Of a stretch of 64,000 nucleotides of DNA, positions 13,439 to 24,222 are shown one piece after another. This stretch comes from Trichosphaerium sp. ATCC 40318 (taxonomy: Eukaryota; Protista; Tubulinea). The notes below the pieces were generated by a model. The model had not been told where the DNA came from. It ran no database searches and saw only the letters and a list, made by a program, of their open reading frames with translations. Every line of letters starts with the position of its first letter. Within the stretch, counting starts at the first letter, position 1. The translations under genes and the position numbers were made by a program. Location of the stretch: positions 186,001 to 250,000 of the forward strand of contig JALMLS010000368.1 of the NCBI GenBank assembly GCA_038496445.1, written 5' to 3'.

Positions 13439-14376
13439 TTACAGGGTAGAGTTCTTGTTGTGCGTTTTGAAAGACGAAATGATGGCTTGAGTGTCAATTT
13501 GTGATCGTGTTCCGCCTTGTTTCTTGAAGAGACGGGCCACTTTTTTCATATTGAACAAAACTATTTGTGCATGCTTGTCTACCTTTTTGGCCCAAACCTC
13601 CCAATCGTCACGTGTTATTTTCTTCTTTCCATCTTTGCTAATTTTATCAAACACTTCCTTTGCTTGTGCAGCAAGATCTGCATCGCTTGTACTATCTACA
13701 CAACAGCCGTGAGCACACATTGCAACAGAAGAAAACAAGACAAAAACAAAAAGAGGTTTGACACTAAATGTGGAATGTCTTGGCCGTACCTGGTATTCTA
13801 CGCAGCGCCCGGTAACCTTTCATACTAACCACATAACGTGCTATGAACTGTTTCTTTCTGAGATAGGGTTTTTCCTCCTTACGCAACATGCTGTCCCAAA
13901 AGACTACAAAAAAACATGATTAGACACTAATTTTGTGACGATTGCACGCACACATTAGGCAGTCAATGTCAGTGCCTCTTGTTAGGGTAGATAAAGATAT
14001 GCAAAGCTCCTTGAGAGACAGTATACCATTGTCATTTAAATCAAATAGCTTGAAAACAAAGTCCCACGCCAGCGCTGATAATTTTAATGATCGCACTGCC
14101 CTTTTTCGTGTTAGTTAGTGTTAACAAACGAAATATGACGAGTTAATACTTTGTTCCAGTCTTAAAATCTTCCTCGCTTATCTCCGCTGTGTATTTGCCT
14201 CCAATCTCTTGAAACAAATCCGCAATTTCGCGTATTTCGTGTTTGCTGTCTAAAACACGTCATCAATGGCGTATTAAACGCAATTTCGACGCACATCTAG
14301 TGTCCCAGGTAATACTTTCAAGTTCCATGTCCCAATCTCTCCGTTGTCGCTCGCTGGGCGTCAACGAGTTACCCAT
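13439..14376 (-). CDS. N-myristoylated EF-hand calcium sensor (NCS/calcineurin-B-like)
   Basis: Starts MGNSLT (myristoylation-compatible); EF-hand VFKLFDLNDNGILSLKEL; later degenerate EF-hands (VFDKISKDGKKKITRDDW). Confidence 0.8.
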
Positions 14377-14566
14377 AGATTATTGTTGCTCGCCGAGGAG
14401 TAAGGGGTTGTTTCTGTGATGTGGGTTCTTAAAAAATGAAAAGAAAAAGAAAAACAACCCGAACAAAACACTACTTAACACTTACCCAAAACACATAATG
14501 ACCTTGTAACTGAAACACTTTGCTGCACGTAGTATAACGTCAAATAACCAAGCGGGTTATTAAGGA

Positions 14567-14939
14567 ATTTCGACTCGTAAAAGCTGAGCGTAAAAATTCA
14601 AAGAATGGACTTAGACAGAGTTGTGCTTTTCACTCGTAAATCGTAACTCATTCAAAAACACTTTATTTATTGGTTGCAACAAACAAAAAACGATCACCAT
14701 TTGTTATTGGTCCTACAAGCTCTTCGGATACATTGAAACGTTGTTTAACGCTGCTTTGCAACGTTACACTAAAGTCATTAGTGCTCAGTAGGCTCTCATC
14801 AATGAAGTGAATCAACAATTGTGCCAGCACTGTCATTAAACAGTAAACTGGTTAAGCCTCAGTAGTTCACTAACATTTACATGTCGATTATGAAAAGTTT
14901 TGAGCAACCATTTACGAAAACTTTTGCACGAGTCGAAAT
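14567..14939. repeat. ~370-bp intergenic element bounded by inverted repeats (MITE-like candidate)
   Basis: ATTTCGACTCGT at 14567-14578 and its exact reverse complement ACGAGTCGAAAT at 14928-14939, with imperfect inward extension (AAAAG...CGTAAA). No clear target-site duplication. Confidence 0.35.
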
Positions 14940-15011
14940 ATTTCATCCGAAGGACCACTTACCTTTCAGTGATACCTGCTGAATAAAGTTAAGCGAACAG
15001 GTACAGCCACA

Positions 15012-16564
15012 ATGTCCAGGAAGCTCGTTCACATACTTGGTGGAGGAGAATTTGGACTTACGACCGCTATTGAGCTAAAATCAAGAGGCAACAGATAGCA
15101 CAAGTTAAAGTTTTTCATAAAACACTAACAAAACGTTATTAGGACATGATGTGAAGGTTTACGAGCGCGATGAAGTCCCATCACCAAAAGCTTCTTCTAC
15201 AGACATCTCCAAGGTGCATAAACAACTCTAGGACCATCAACAAGCATTATTGCTGAATCACATGCCTAAAAAAACAAAAAAAAATTGTTAATGCTTTCAG
15301 GTTGTACGCATGGACTATGGAGGAAACAAAGCGTAAGACCTGCTCCTCAACAGAGATAAGATTTTTAAGTTGTGCACTAGATACTTCCGTATGGGAGAAG
15401 AATCGATAAAACGCTGGCGCAAATGGAACGGCTTTTGGGGAAAGAACTGTATCACGAGACTGGCGTAGCGTACTTATCTACCAAGCCAATGGAAGAAAAA
15501 TCGTTTGAAATGCAAAGTGTCCATGACCTACAAGAAAGTGGATATCACGTGGACAGATTGGACGCGTGCGTTTTTGTTGTCACGTGCAGAGTAACGACAA
15601 TTAATAAGTGAGGTAGACAAAGCATCAAACATAGATTTCCCAATTGGAAAGAGTCTGACTTTGTCGATGGGTACTACCACAAGAATGGAGGATGGGCAGA
15701 AAGCGGTGAAGTATGATACAAGTAGACATGTCATTCAAATTAATGAAACATTTAACTCATTTTTAGGTAATCCGATACCTTGGCAAAACTGCTCGCAATA
15801 TGGATATTACAATAGAGGAAAATGCTGAAATAGATCGACTTGCTGTAGAAAAAGGCAAGTTGCGTGGATTTATCATGAAAGATGGCAAGGTAGTTGACAG
15901 GTGCGAATGACGAACCAGTTTAATGTTTTACCGTTTTGACAACCCCTTTTCACAGTGAAAATGTCATCGTTGCCTCAGGAGCGTGGACTCCAGATATAGT
16001 ACCACAATTGCGTGAATATATCAAACCAACAGCGCAACCTATTATCACATTCAAGAAAGGAATCAATGCATCAGAATTCAGCGATTCTCTCCATCCTGTA
16101 TTCTTTTCAGATCACGATGTGGGCATGTATGGGTTTCCTGCTACTGCTGATGGTACTGTCAAGATTGCAAATCACGGTACTGGATTCACTTATAAATACG
16201 GTGAGCCTCTGGTCGAGACAGAAGAGATGAGAGCCATGTTTACAGCTTGGATAAAACAAAAAATACCAAAGTTGTTAGCAGCTGAACCGTCATATCGCAT
16301 TTGCCTCTACTGCGACACACTTGACAATAACTTTTTTATTGATCACGTGCCCGATATTGAGGGTGCCATGATAGCGTGTGGTGGTAAGTATTTAACAAAC
16401 TAACATGTTGTTTTCTAACAACTGAACAAGGCAGTGGACACGCTTTCAAGTTTGCACCTGTGATTGGTGACATCATTTCTGATGTCTTTGAAGGTAAACC
16501 AAACGAATACGCGCCTTTGTTCAAATGGAGAAAAGGAGGGGAGGTCAGCACATCAAGGAAATGA
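15012..16564 (+). CDS. FAD-dependent amine oxidase (sarcosine/pipecolate/fructosyl-amine oxidase family)
   Basis: ILGGGEFGLTTA Rossmann motif, ASSTDISKVVRMDYG, VIVASGAW, YGFP...VKIANH, RICLYCDTLDNNFFID, GGSGHAFKFAPVIG. Confidence 0.88.
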
Positions 16565-17087
16565 TCACTCTCTTCATTGTAATCAAAATTTAATCCATTG
16601 CCACTAAAAATGCGAAATACTCACGTGATATACGCTACTGACCTGTGGAATTGGTTTTCTAATGTCTACGTTTGGTTGTAGCTTGCGTATACGTGAATTC
16701 GTACAATTACACTTCAACATTCACAAAAAATCGCGCGGCGCTGTCTACTTTATAAGAACATAGTAATGAACGCCATAGGCGTATTGTTTCTCCGCACATT
16801 ACGTATGTCAAATAAAGTTGACTGTTTGATTTACAATCACTGCCTACACTACCATATAGTGCGTAAAGGACTTATAAGGCATCTTTTAGCCATCTCGTCA
16901 CATTACAACCCACAAACGCTTACAAATTCGCATACAACACTGCGATATTACGTAAAAGGCAACGTACAGCTTCATAGTCACTTTTTGTGGCTCTTCCTAA
17001 GAATATCACCCGTACTATTCTGAACAAAAATCCGGTGGAAAATTACAGTAAAATTCAATTGAACTAAAACACCAAGCAACAAACACT

Positions 17088-18079
17088 ATGTTCGGTACTT
17101 TGATGGATATTATGCTCGCAGAAGGTGGTATTGAAGCCTCAAACGCTTTCTTCGGATTCATGGGCTCTGCCTCTGCTCTCATTTTCGCGTGTAAGTTTTA
17201 GTGTGTTTGTACCTCACAAAGCGGTTTTTGTCCGGCTAGGGACCTAAACCAGAGATTTGCTTTTGATCATGCTCACAACCGCTAATTTGACCCTTCAGGC
17301 ATTGGCGCAGCTTACGGTACAGCTAAATCCGGTGTCGGTATCGCCTCAATGGGTGTTATGCACCCTCAACTCGTGATGAGGTCTGTCATTCCAGTAGTTA
17401 TGGCTGGTGTTATTGGCATCTACGGTTTGATTATTGCTGTAATTATCGCAGTCGGTAGTACGTAGTTGGCCTCTTCAATTGAAAAAAACCCAAAAAATTA
17501 AGCCTTCGAACGAAAAGTTCTTTCGTGTTTGTGACGCTTACTAACCGTTCATTTAGTTTCTAACAGCGATGAGTTTAATTCTTTCAAAGCTTTCTCTCGT
17601 TTGGGTGCTGGTTTGTCTGTAGGTCTTTCCGGTCTCGCTGCTGGTATGGCTATTGGTATTGTAGGTGACGCTGGAGTTCGCGCCAATGTACGTCAGAAAA
17701 GAAAAGAAGAACCTTCAACTCCAAGACCCCAAACTTTCAAAAAAAACAGAAAAAAAAACTTTCCCACGCCTACCAAAAACCTAAGTGCCTTTTGGCTTTT
17801 TTTTATTGCCAAGGGCGCCTTGCCACGTTGTTGGCGATCTGCCTTTCATGTTGTAGATTGTTATTAGACATGTCTTGGGTCTTTTCCCATTTTTTTTTTT
17901 TTTTTTTTTGGTTTTTCTCGCTTTTACAATTTTACGACTACCTTTTGTGAAACAAACTGACCTTGTACGCTTAGGCTCAACAACCTAAATTATTTGTCGG
18001 TATGATTTTGATCTTGATTTTCGCCGAAGCTTTGGCTTTGTACGGATTGATCGTTGCCCTTATCTTGGCCATTAAGTAA
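17088..18079 (+). CDS. ATP6V0C: V-type H+-ATPase 16-kDa proteolipid subunit c (4 exons)
   Basis: [91 protein letters not shown]. Confidence 0.97.
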
Positions 18080-18360
18080 ATATGTCGCACCACATGCGTG
18101 CATTAAAATTGGGTTGTTTTTTTTTGCACATTGCGATCATCAATTGTTCCCTATTCCCACTTAACCTTGTATTCGAATAAAACCCAAATTTTCGTATATT
18201 TCTGCGTTTAACGCTTCTTATGGACTGTTGTTGTTTTTTTGGAGGGGAAAACATATTTTTTTGAAATTATTTTAACGTTAGATAGGGGAGCTAAGCGGCA
18301 TTTTGATTTTATCCACAAAGTATTTACAGGTCTCTGCTAGTAGTACATATTTACAGTTGT

Positions 18361-20923
18361 TTATCTTTTTGTTGTTGTGTCGTCCCAATTTTGAGACATT
18401 AGGTCATCCAATTCTCGATCGACAAACTCTTTCAGTAAGGGTAGCGTCATGCTGAACGGGTGATCCACAGGTAGGATTAGATACATTCGTTTCGCCTTAT
18501 CCCATGATGCCAGCATACGTAAGACATCGCTGCAACCATTTGTAAGGTTCTCTTTGTGTGGTTCAGACATTTTAGTCAAATTTTCATCAATACTGGCAAG
18601 TAAATCGCGCCTCAATAAAAAACTCTTGCAATAAGCAAACGACCCAAGCAAGTGTCTGTGAAAAAAAGCACATTAATTAATTTTTAACTTATCGTTGGTC
18701 ACAAAAATATTTCTCAAGGTGGATGGATAGTGACGAAGGAAAAAAAAAAAAACCATTTCGTACGCTAATGCCGAATGTTTCGGCAAATTGCCCTTTCGTG
18801 CCAGATCTGCTGCGTATTTTACTAACGCTCCTAAGCTCCTAAAATTATCTTCCGCTTTCTGTCTCTGTAGGCAACAGGTCGTTAGAACAAAAACAGGAAG
18901 AACAAAGACAAATACTGCTTTTGAACGAGATCGCGGACGTACGTTTGCCGCTTGTAGGTGAAATAGTTCAATATACTTCATTATGGCGAATAGGTATGAT
19001 GTTACAACGAATTTTGCCGGTTTCTTGTCACGAAGCTCACCATCCGCTTTGTGTTTCCAAAAATCAGCTGCTTTCTTCAGATCCGCTTCAAGGAGCAATA
19101 ATGTAAGCTCGAGAAAACAAATTGCTAGCTGGCTTACCTTCAGTTAATGGCACTCGAGATTTTACTGGTTTTGGTTTGGGTTCACGCTTGACTTCATGTC
19201 TTGGTTTTGCAGAGAATGGATCGTATGTATCCTCTGATTCATCAACTGGATCCACAGGGCTAGGTGTTTTGCTCTTTTCTCTGGATGAATGTCGCCTTGG
19301 AGAAGTCGTACGCTGTCTTTTGCTAGATCTCTCTGGTGATAAAGAATTTCTGGATAAACTTCGTTTTCTTTGTATTGGTGCTTCTGACACTGTAATCTTT
19401 GCAGGAGGTACGCCAATCTCTTTTATCTGATAATATAACACTCAGTATTAAATAAAAGAGAGAGGAGGGGGGTGGGGTATTTCTTTTGTTGAATAAAGTT
19501 TGAACGTACGACTTGGTTAACTTTTGGTTGCCGTTTTTTAGGTTGTTCTTGTTTAACCCTTGATAACCTATCACCTGGTCTACGTTTAGGAGACTTTCTC
19601 ACCACATCCATATCGTCAATTTCAGCTTCACGTTCCATGTGCATATTCCTAGGTGACGGACCTAACGATAACAGAGTTAATTAAAAAAAAACTCCAACTT
19701 TGGCATTCAAAAAACTGCTAAGATGTGATATTTGAAGCTCTGCCTATCCCTCATAGTTACCTCGTTTTCGTGTATCTTCGCGCTTAGGTTCATGAAGTGG
19801 CACGTGTCGCGGTGGTGTGCGTAAGGTGACCTTAACAGGCGCTACCTCTAGCTTTGTTTCAACTGGTCTAACGACTTCCTCGAGCATGCTGGTATCGTCT
19901 CCATCGTCTTCATCGAAGGACACATCATCCTCATCGACTACCATGCCATTTGTAGCTTTGCTTGAAGGATCAGGTTGTACGATTTTTAAGCGAATTTTAG
20001 CAAGAGCTGGAGATTGTTGTTTCTTTGTAGGTGAGAGGGAATCCTCAATATCCATTGAATCATTTTTACTACTTGCTTCGCTCTGAGCTGCGAATGCTTG
20101 TTCAAAATTGCTAAGGTAATCTTCCTCATCTGGTTTAGCTGTCCATATTTCCTAGTACAACAAACCATTTAAAATGTATCCATACGGGAGTAGGGGAGGG
20201 TCCAAACATTTGAAGTTCATCTTGTCGGTTGACAAATGTCTCTGTTTCGACAATTTTTTTTTTCTTTGTATGTGGGGGTAGTGCTTACCTCTAAGCGTTT
20301 TATTGTGGCGTCGGATATGTTCAACTTGGGGACACTTGGAATTTCTTTTGTCATTTCTGCTACAAGTATGCGGGGATCTTGTAAAGGTGGCTCTTCGGGT
20401 ACATTCCTTGGCGGTGGTTCAGTTTTTATTTCGGTCCTTTGTGCTGTCGATTCGTTGTTATCGCGTGGCGGCCGTTCATGAAGATTGTTTGTACTTTCAG
20501 TAGGCGGAGAGCCACTGTTATCTTTAGTTTCTGTACGGGTTCGTTCAGTCACTTGAATTGGCTCGTTTTCGGTGTCTGTGGGCGCTTGGGCGTCTTCGTG
20601 TGCGTTGTCTGCCATATTGTCTCCTCTAGGAAGATTACGCAATCTAATGGCGTTAAAATATGTTTAAAAAACCTGTTGAGTATGTAGCAGTGCTACTTTC
20701 GCTCAATAGGCAGTTTAAGTTAACAAGTAGACAATCCAAGGGATGTCCTAACTTTTCGAGCTGCTTTCGTTAGAAATACGTACTGTCTGAGTTGCTCCCC
20801 TACAAACGAGCCATACTCGCCATTGCGACCGTCTCCTTCAAGATTTATTCGCTCAATCATATTATTTGTTGTCTGTTCATCAAAGCTTGGTAGCTTGTGC
20901 ATAGCCTCTACCTTTGATGTCAT
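18361..20923 (-). CDS. Low-complexity Ser/Pro/Arg-rich protein with a C-terminal helical domain resembling the AF4/FMR2 (AFF) C-terminal homology domain
   Basis: Multi-exon charged, disordered ORF fragments; C-terminal KKAADFWKHKADG...SYLFAIMKYIE resembles the AFF motif AKxxKHxAD...YxxAxxxFIE. Confidence 0.5.
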
Positions 20924-22006
20924 GCTTTTTTATCTATTATGTCCCTTTGAAAATTATATATCGTCAAGGGTGCATGTCTACGGTTAAATAATACGATGGT
21001 ACAATGCAATAGCGTAAAAAAGGATCGCTGCCCAGTAACTTGGTTCAATAAACGCGAATCGTTTTTCTGGAGATTTGACTTTAAAATACCTGAGGAATTT
21101 TTACAACGTTTGTTTTTCGCGCCAGTACTCTCTTTTTATGCATATAAACCCATTTTGATGTTAATTAAGACTAAAAAACAAAAAAAATTGTTTCCGATTT
21201 CTGTACTTCTCAATATAACGTTAGATTATCATTTATTTGTACTGTAGTTGTTTAACGTAACAAATATTGTAAATTTTGGATTAATTGGTGCACTGTTTGT
21301 CAAAAAAGTTGTTTTGACACTAAAACAGTGGTTTGCCTTGTTGAAAGGTAGGACTAATACAACACCTCCCTCTATCAATCTCCATACTATTATTTAATCA
21401 ACATTTATCGAAAATTATTTTTTGACACAACTTGCCCGCTTCCCGATTTAGACCTAGCCAATAAAATATGTTCAATGCGAATTTGGCTTTAGCAGACTTT
21501 CCGTTGCAAGCTCGTACAAAACTGCACTGATTGGTTGCATCTCACTTGTTAAATAAGCATCTTACTTCAAAAATACATCTGTCGCCCAATTAATGATATA
21601 CAGGCAGCTCTAAAGACCTAGTTGTGCTTATGGTTTTAGCACGCGTTATTAATTTTGTACATCGATGACAGGTAAATAAACTTCGATATGTCGATTTACG
21701 CTGAAATGTTCCCCCCTCTGTACAGCTTTTAATTGTGTACGAGATTAGCTGTGTGAGTATCAGGTGTAAACAAGAGGTAATGGCCGGAAAGCAGAATCAT
21801 TTGTGAATAAATTATCTATGACAAGGAGTAATGGTGTTCCCACAAAATTATACATAGGAACACCTCTTGAAAAGACGTGTTTGTAAGACTGTTATATTCT
21901 CATAAAAGTGGTAGCAATTGCTCGCAGTTACCTCCAAATGTAAATAGAAACCAAGGCGTTGTGATTTGGATATGCTCGTGTCAACTTAAGTATTACTTGA
22001 CATTGA

Positions 22007-23839
22007 ATGGAGAACGTAGAGCTTCCTGTGGAGGTGTGGCTGAATATTCTATCAGATACAGCCATTAAAGACTTGTTGTCACTGGCACAAGTTAGTAAGT
22101 ATGTAAAAACTGTTGTAGAGTGTGATTACATATGGTCGGACTGACTCATAGCAAATGCACGTTTATTTAACCTCTCAGTGACAGTTGAAGATTTTGCCTG
22201 TACAGAAGCTAAATTACAGTTGTTTATACTCATTGTAGCACGTGATTATACTTATTTACTATTTTTTCAAATTAGGAACCAGCGATTAGACACGGGAATA
22301 AGTATTGGTCCAGAAAACCGCTTATACTTAGTGAAGCAGGATATGAACGAATTGGTAGGAAAATGACGTTCAGCTCTGCCAAACTGCAGTACTTTTTAAC
22401 TTTGTACAATTTCAATCTGTTATGGTTGTTTGCTTATAATGTGTGCAGCATCAACACTCCCAAAGAGCATGCTGAAGATGCCAAAGTTTGCTCGTGGCTA
22501 AAACCAAGACTAATACAGCTGTCCAGCGGAAGCTGCTCACCTACAAAGGTAGCAAAGGTACATAGCCACTGCACCCAACTGAACACCTTATTAATAAGTG
22601 ACAGCTTAAAAAAATAGCTTGGAAAGGCTTCCCTAAACGTATCAGAGGTAGGTAGTCGGGATAGAAATGTAGATTAATGTCATTTTAAAGGGCTTGCATA
22701 TTTTCACTTATCCGGAGGTTACGAAGCAATGCATTTATCCACCACAAGTTATCGGGTGAGTATTTGTTTCGGCTCAGTTTGTGATTTTATATGACTTGAT
22801 AAAGGAATACCTCTATCAATATCAAAAGAAGGCTGGTAAATATGCGTACATCTTAAGACAAATACGCACCGATACCCAACTCATGTTTGTTGATCATCGT
22901 TATTTTGGTACAAACTCACAAGGGTATACAGACTTTTACTTTGGTTTTTTCAGTCTAAGCGTGTTTGTGGATATTTCAATCTAATTGCATTTAGAAAAAA
23001 AACAATGATGCTAATCTATTGTGCATACTTAGCAAGCACTACTGATGTTAGTTATGCAATAGGTAGTAGCAATCTCATAGTCAAAGATACCTATGTTTTT
23101 AGGCAATGTGTATTATGTAGCATTGTTGCTGACAATTATGCCTGACGATGTAAGCATAAACAATTTCTTGTGTTGTATTAAAGCACCTCTAAGCATGCAT
23201 TTTGGACAATGAAGTGTATCTTTGAAAGGAGTAAATACCTGTCAAAAGAGCAGGAACAAAAACAAATGAAAATGTTCTATTGTAAGAAAAATACTATTCC
23301 CAACCAGATAGAATGGATTCTATTCTATTCAATCTCCTTCTTATCTTACACAACTAGTAGTTTCACAAGATGATAAAATACTAAAACAATTGTTTCAAAA
23401 ATATTTCCCAAACAATAAGGCACAATGGAATAACTTAAACGTTTCTTACTTGTTATTTTCTTGCTCTTATTTTTTCACTTAGGCATTCCAAGATATGTCA
23501 ATTCACTTTGCTCCTGCTCGACTATTACGTCAAAACATACCAGTTGCTTTAACACTATTCGATAAGTACATTGTAGAAGGTACAAAAGGGAGTGAAATGA
23601 TGCTTGTAAAAGGGCGTTTAGCACTCTAAAAAAGTCCACTGAAAATCCAATTTTCTTCACTTCTTAAGTGTCAGTGTACTTCTGAATAATTTTTAGGAGT
23701 ACTTGTATTGTATGCATTCATATTGGCACACGCAGACTTAGCTTGCAGTATGTAAATTTGTATTTGATTCTTACGCCCTGTAGCTGATAAGAAAGCTGCG
23801 TATCATATCTTACAACCAAACCTATGCATACAAGCCTGA
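22007..23839 (+). CDS. F-box plus degenerate TBC (Rab-GAP-like) domain protein; may be a pseudogene or contain sequence errors; end approximate
   Basis: F-box MENVELPVEVWLNILSDTAIKDLLSLAQVSK; TBC blocks LKKIAWKGFPKRIRG, RQIRTDTQLMFVDHRYF, LIYCAYL...VSYAIGNVYYVALLLTIM, HAFWTM, LTLFDKYIVEG. The early exons could not be joined in phase by eye. Confidence 0.6.
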
Positions 23840-24222
23840 TGAAGTATATTTTATGTTTGCTCAGTCAATCTGGAAGTCCAAGAAGTTTAAACAAATAGCC
23901 TTGAAGAATAAATAATTCCCTTTTGTTAATTTTTTCACCTGTCCCGACCCTACGTTTGCAATTCAACATATTAGCGAAGTTGGACATTTCCGTCAGAGTA
24001 TAGTGGCAATATGTCATGAAAAAGTCAACATTTTTCGCGTGGAATTTGTAGCTATCAAACATACAAACGTTTATGTTCTGCTTTGCTATCAACTTTTCAT
24101 GGTAACTTGATCGGCTGACAGTGTTTTGGGATAGGAAAATAAAAGTAGTAAGGAAGTACTGGCACAAATCTGATAAGCTAGAATACGACTATGAAGTTGA
24201 TTTATTGTACAAAATCTATTAT

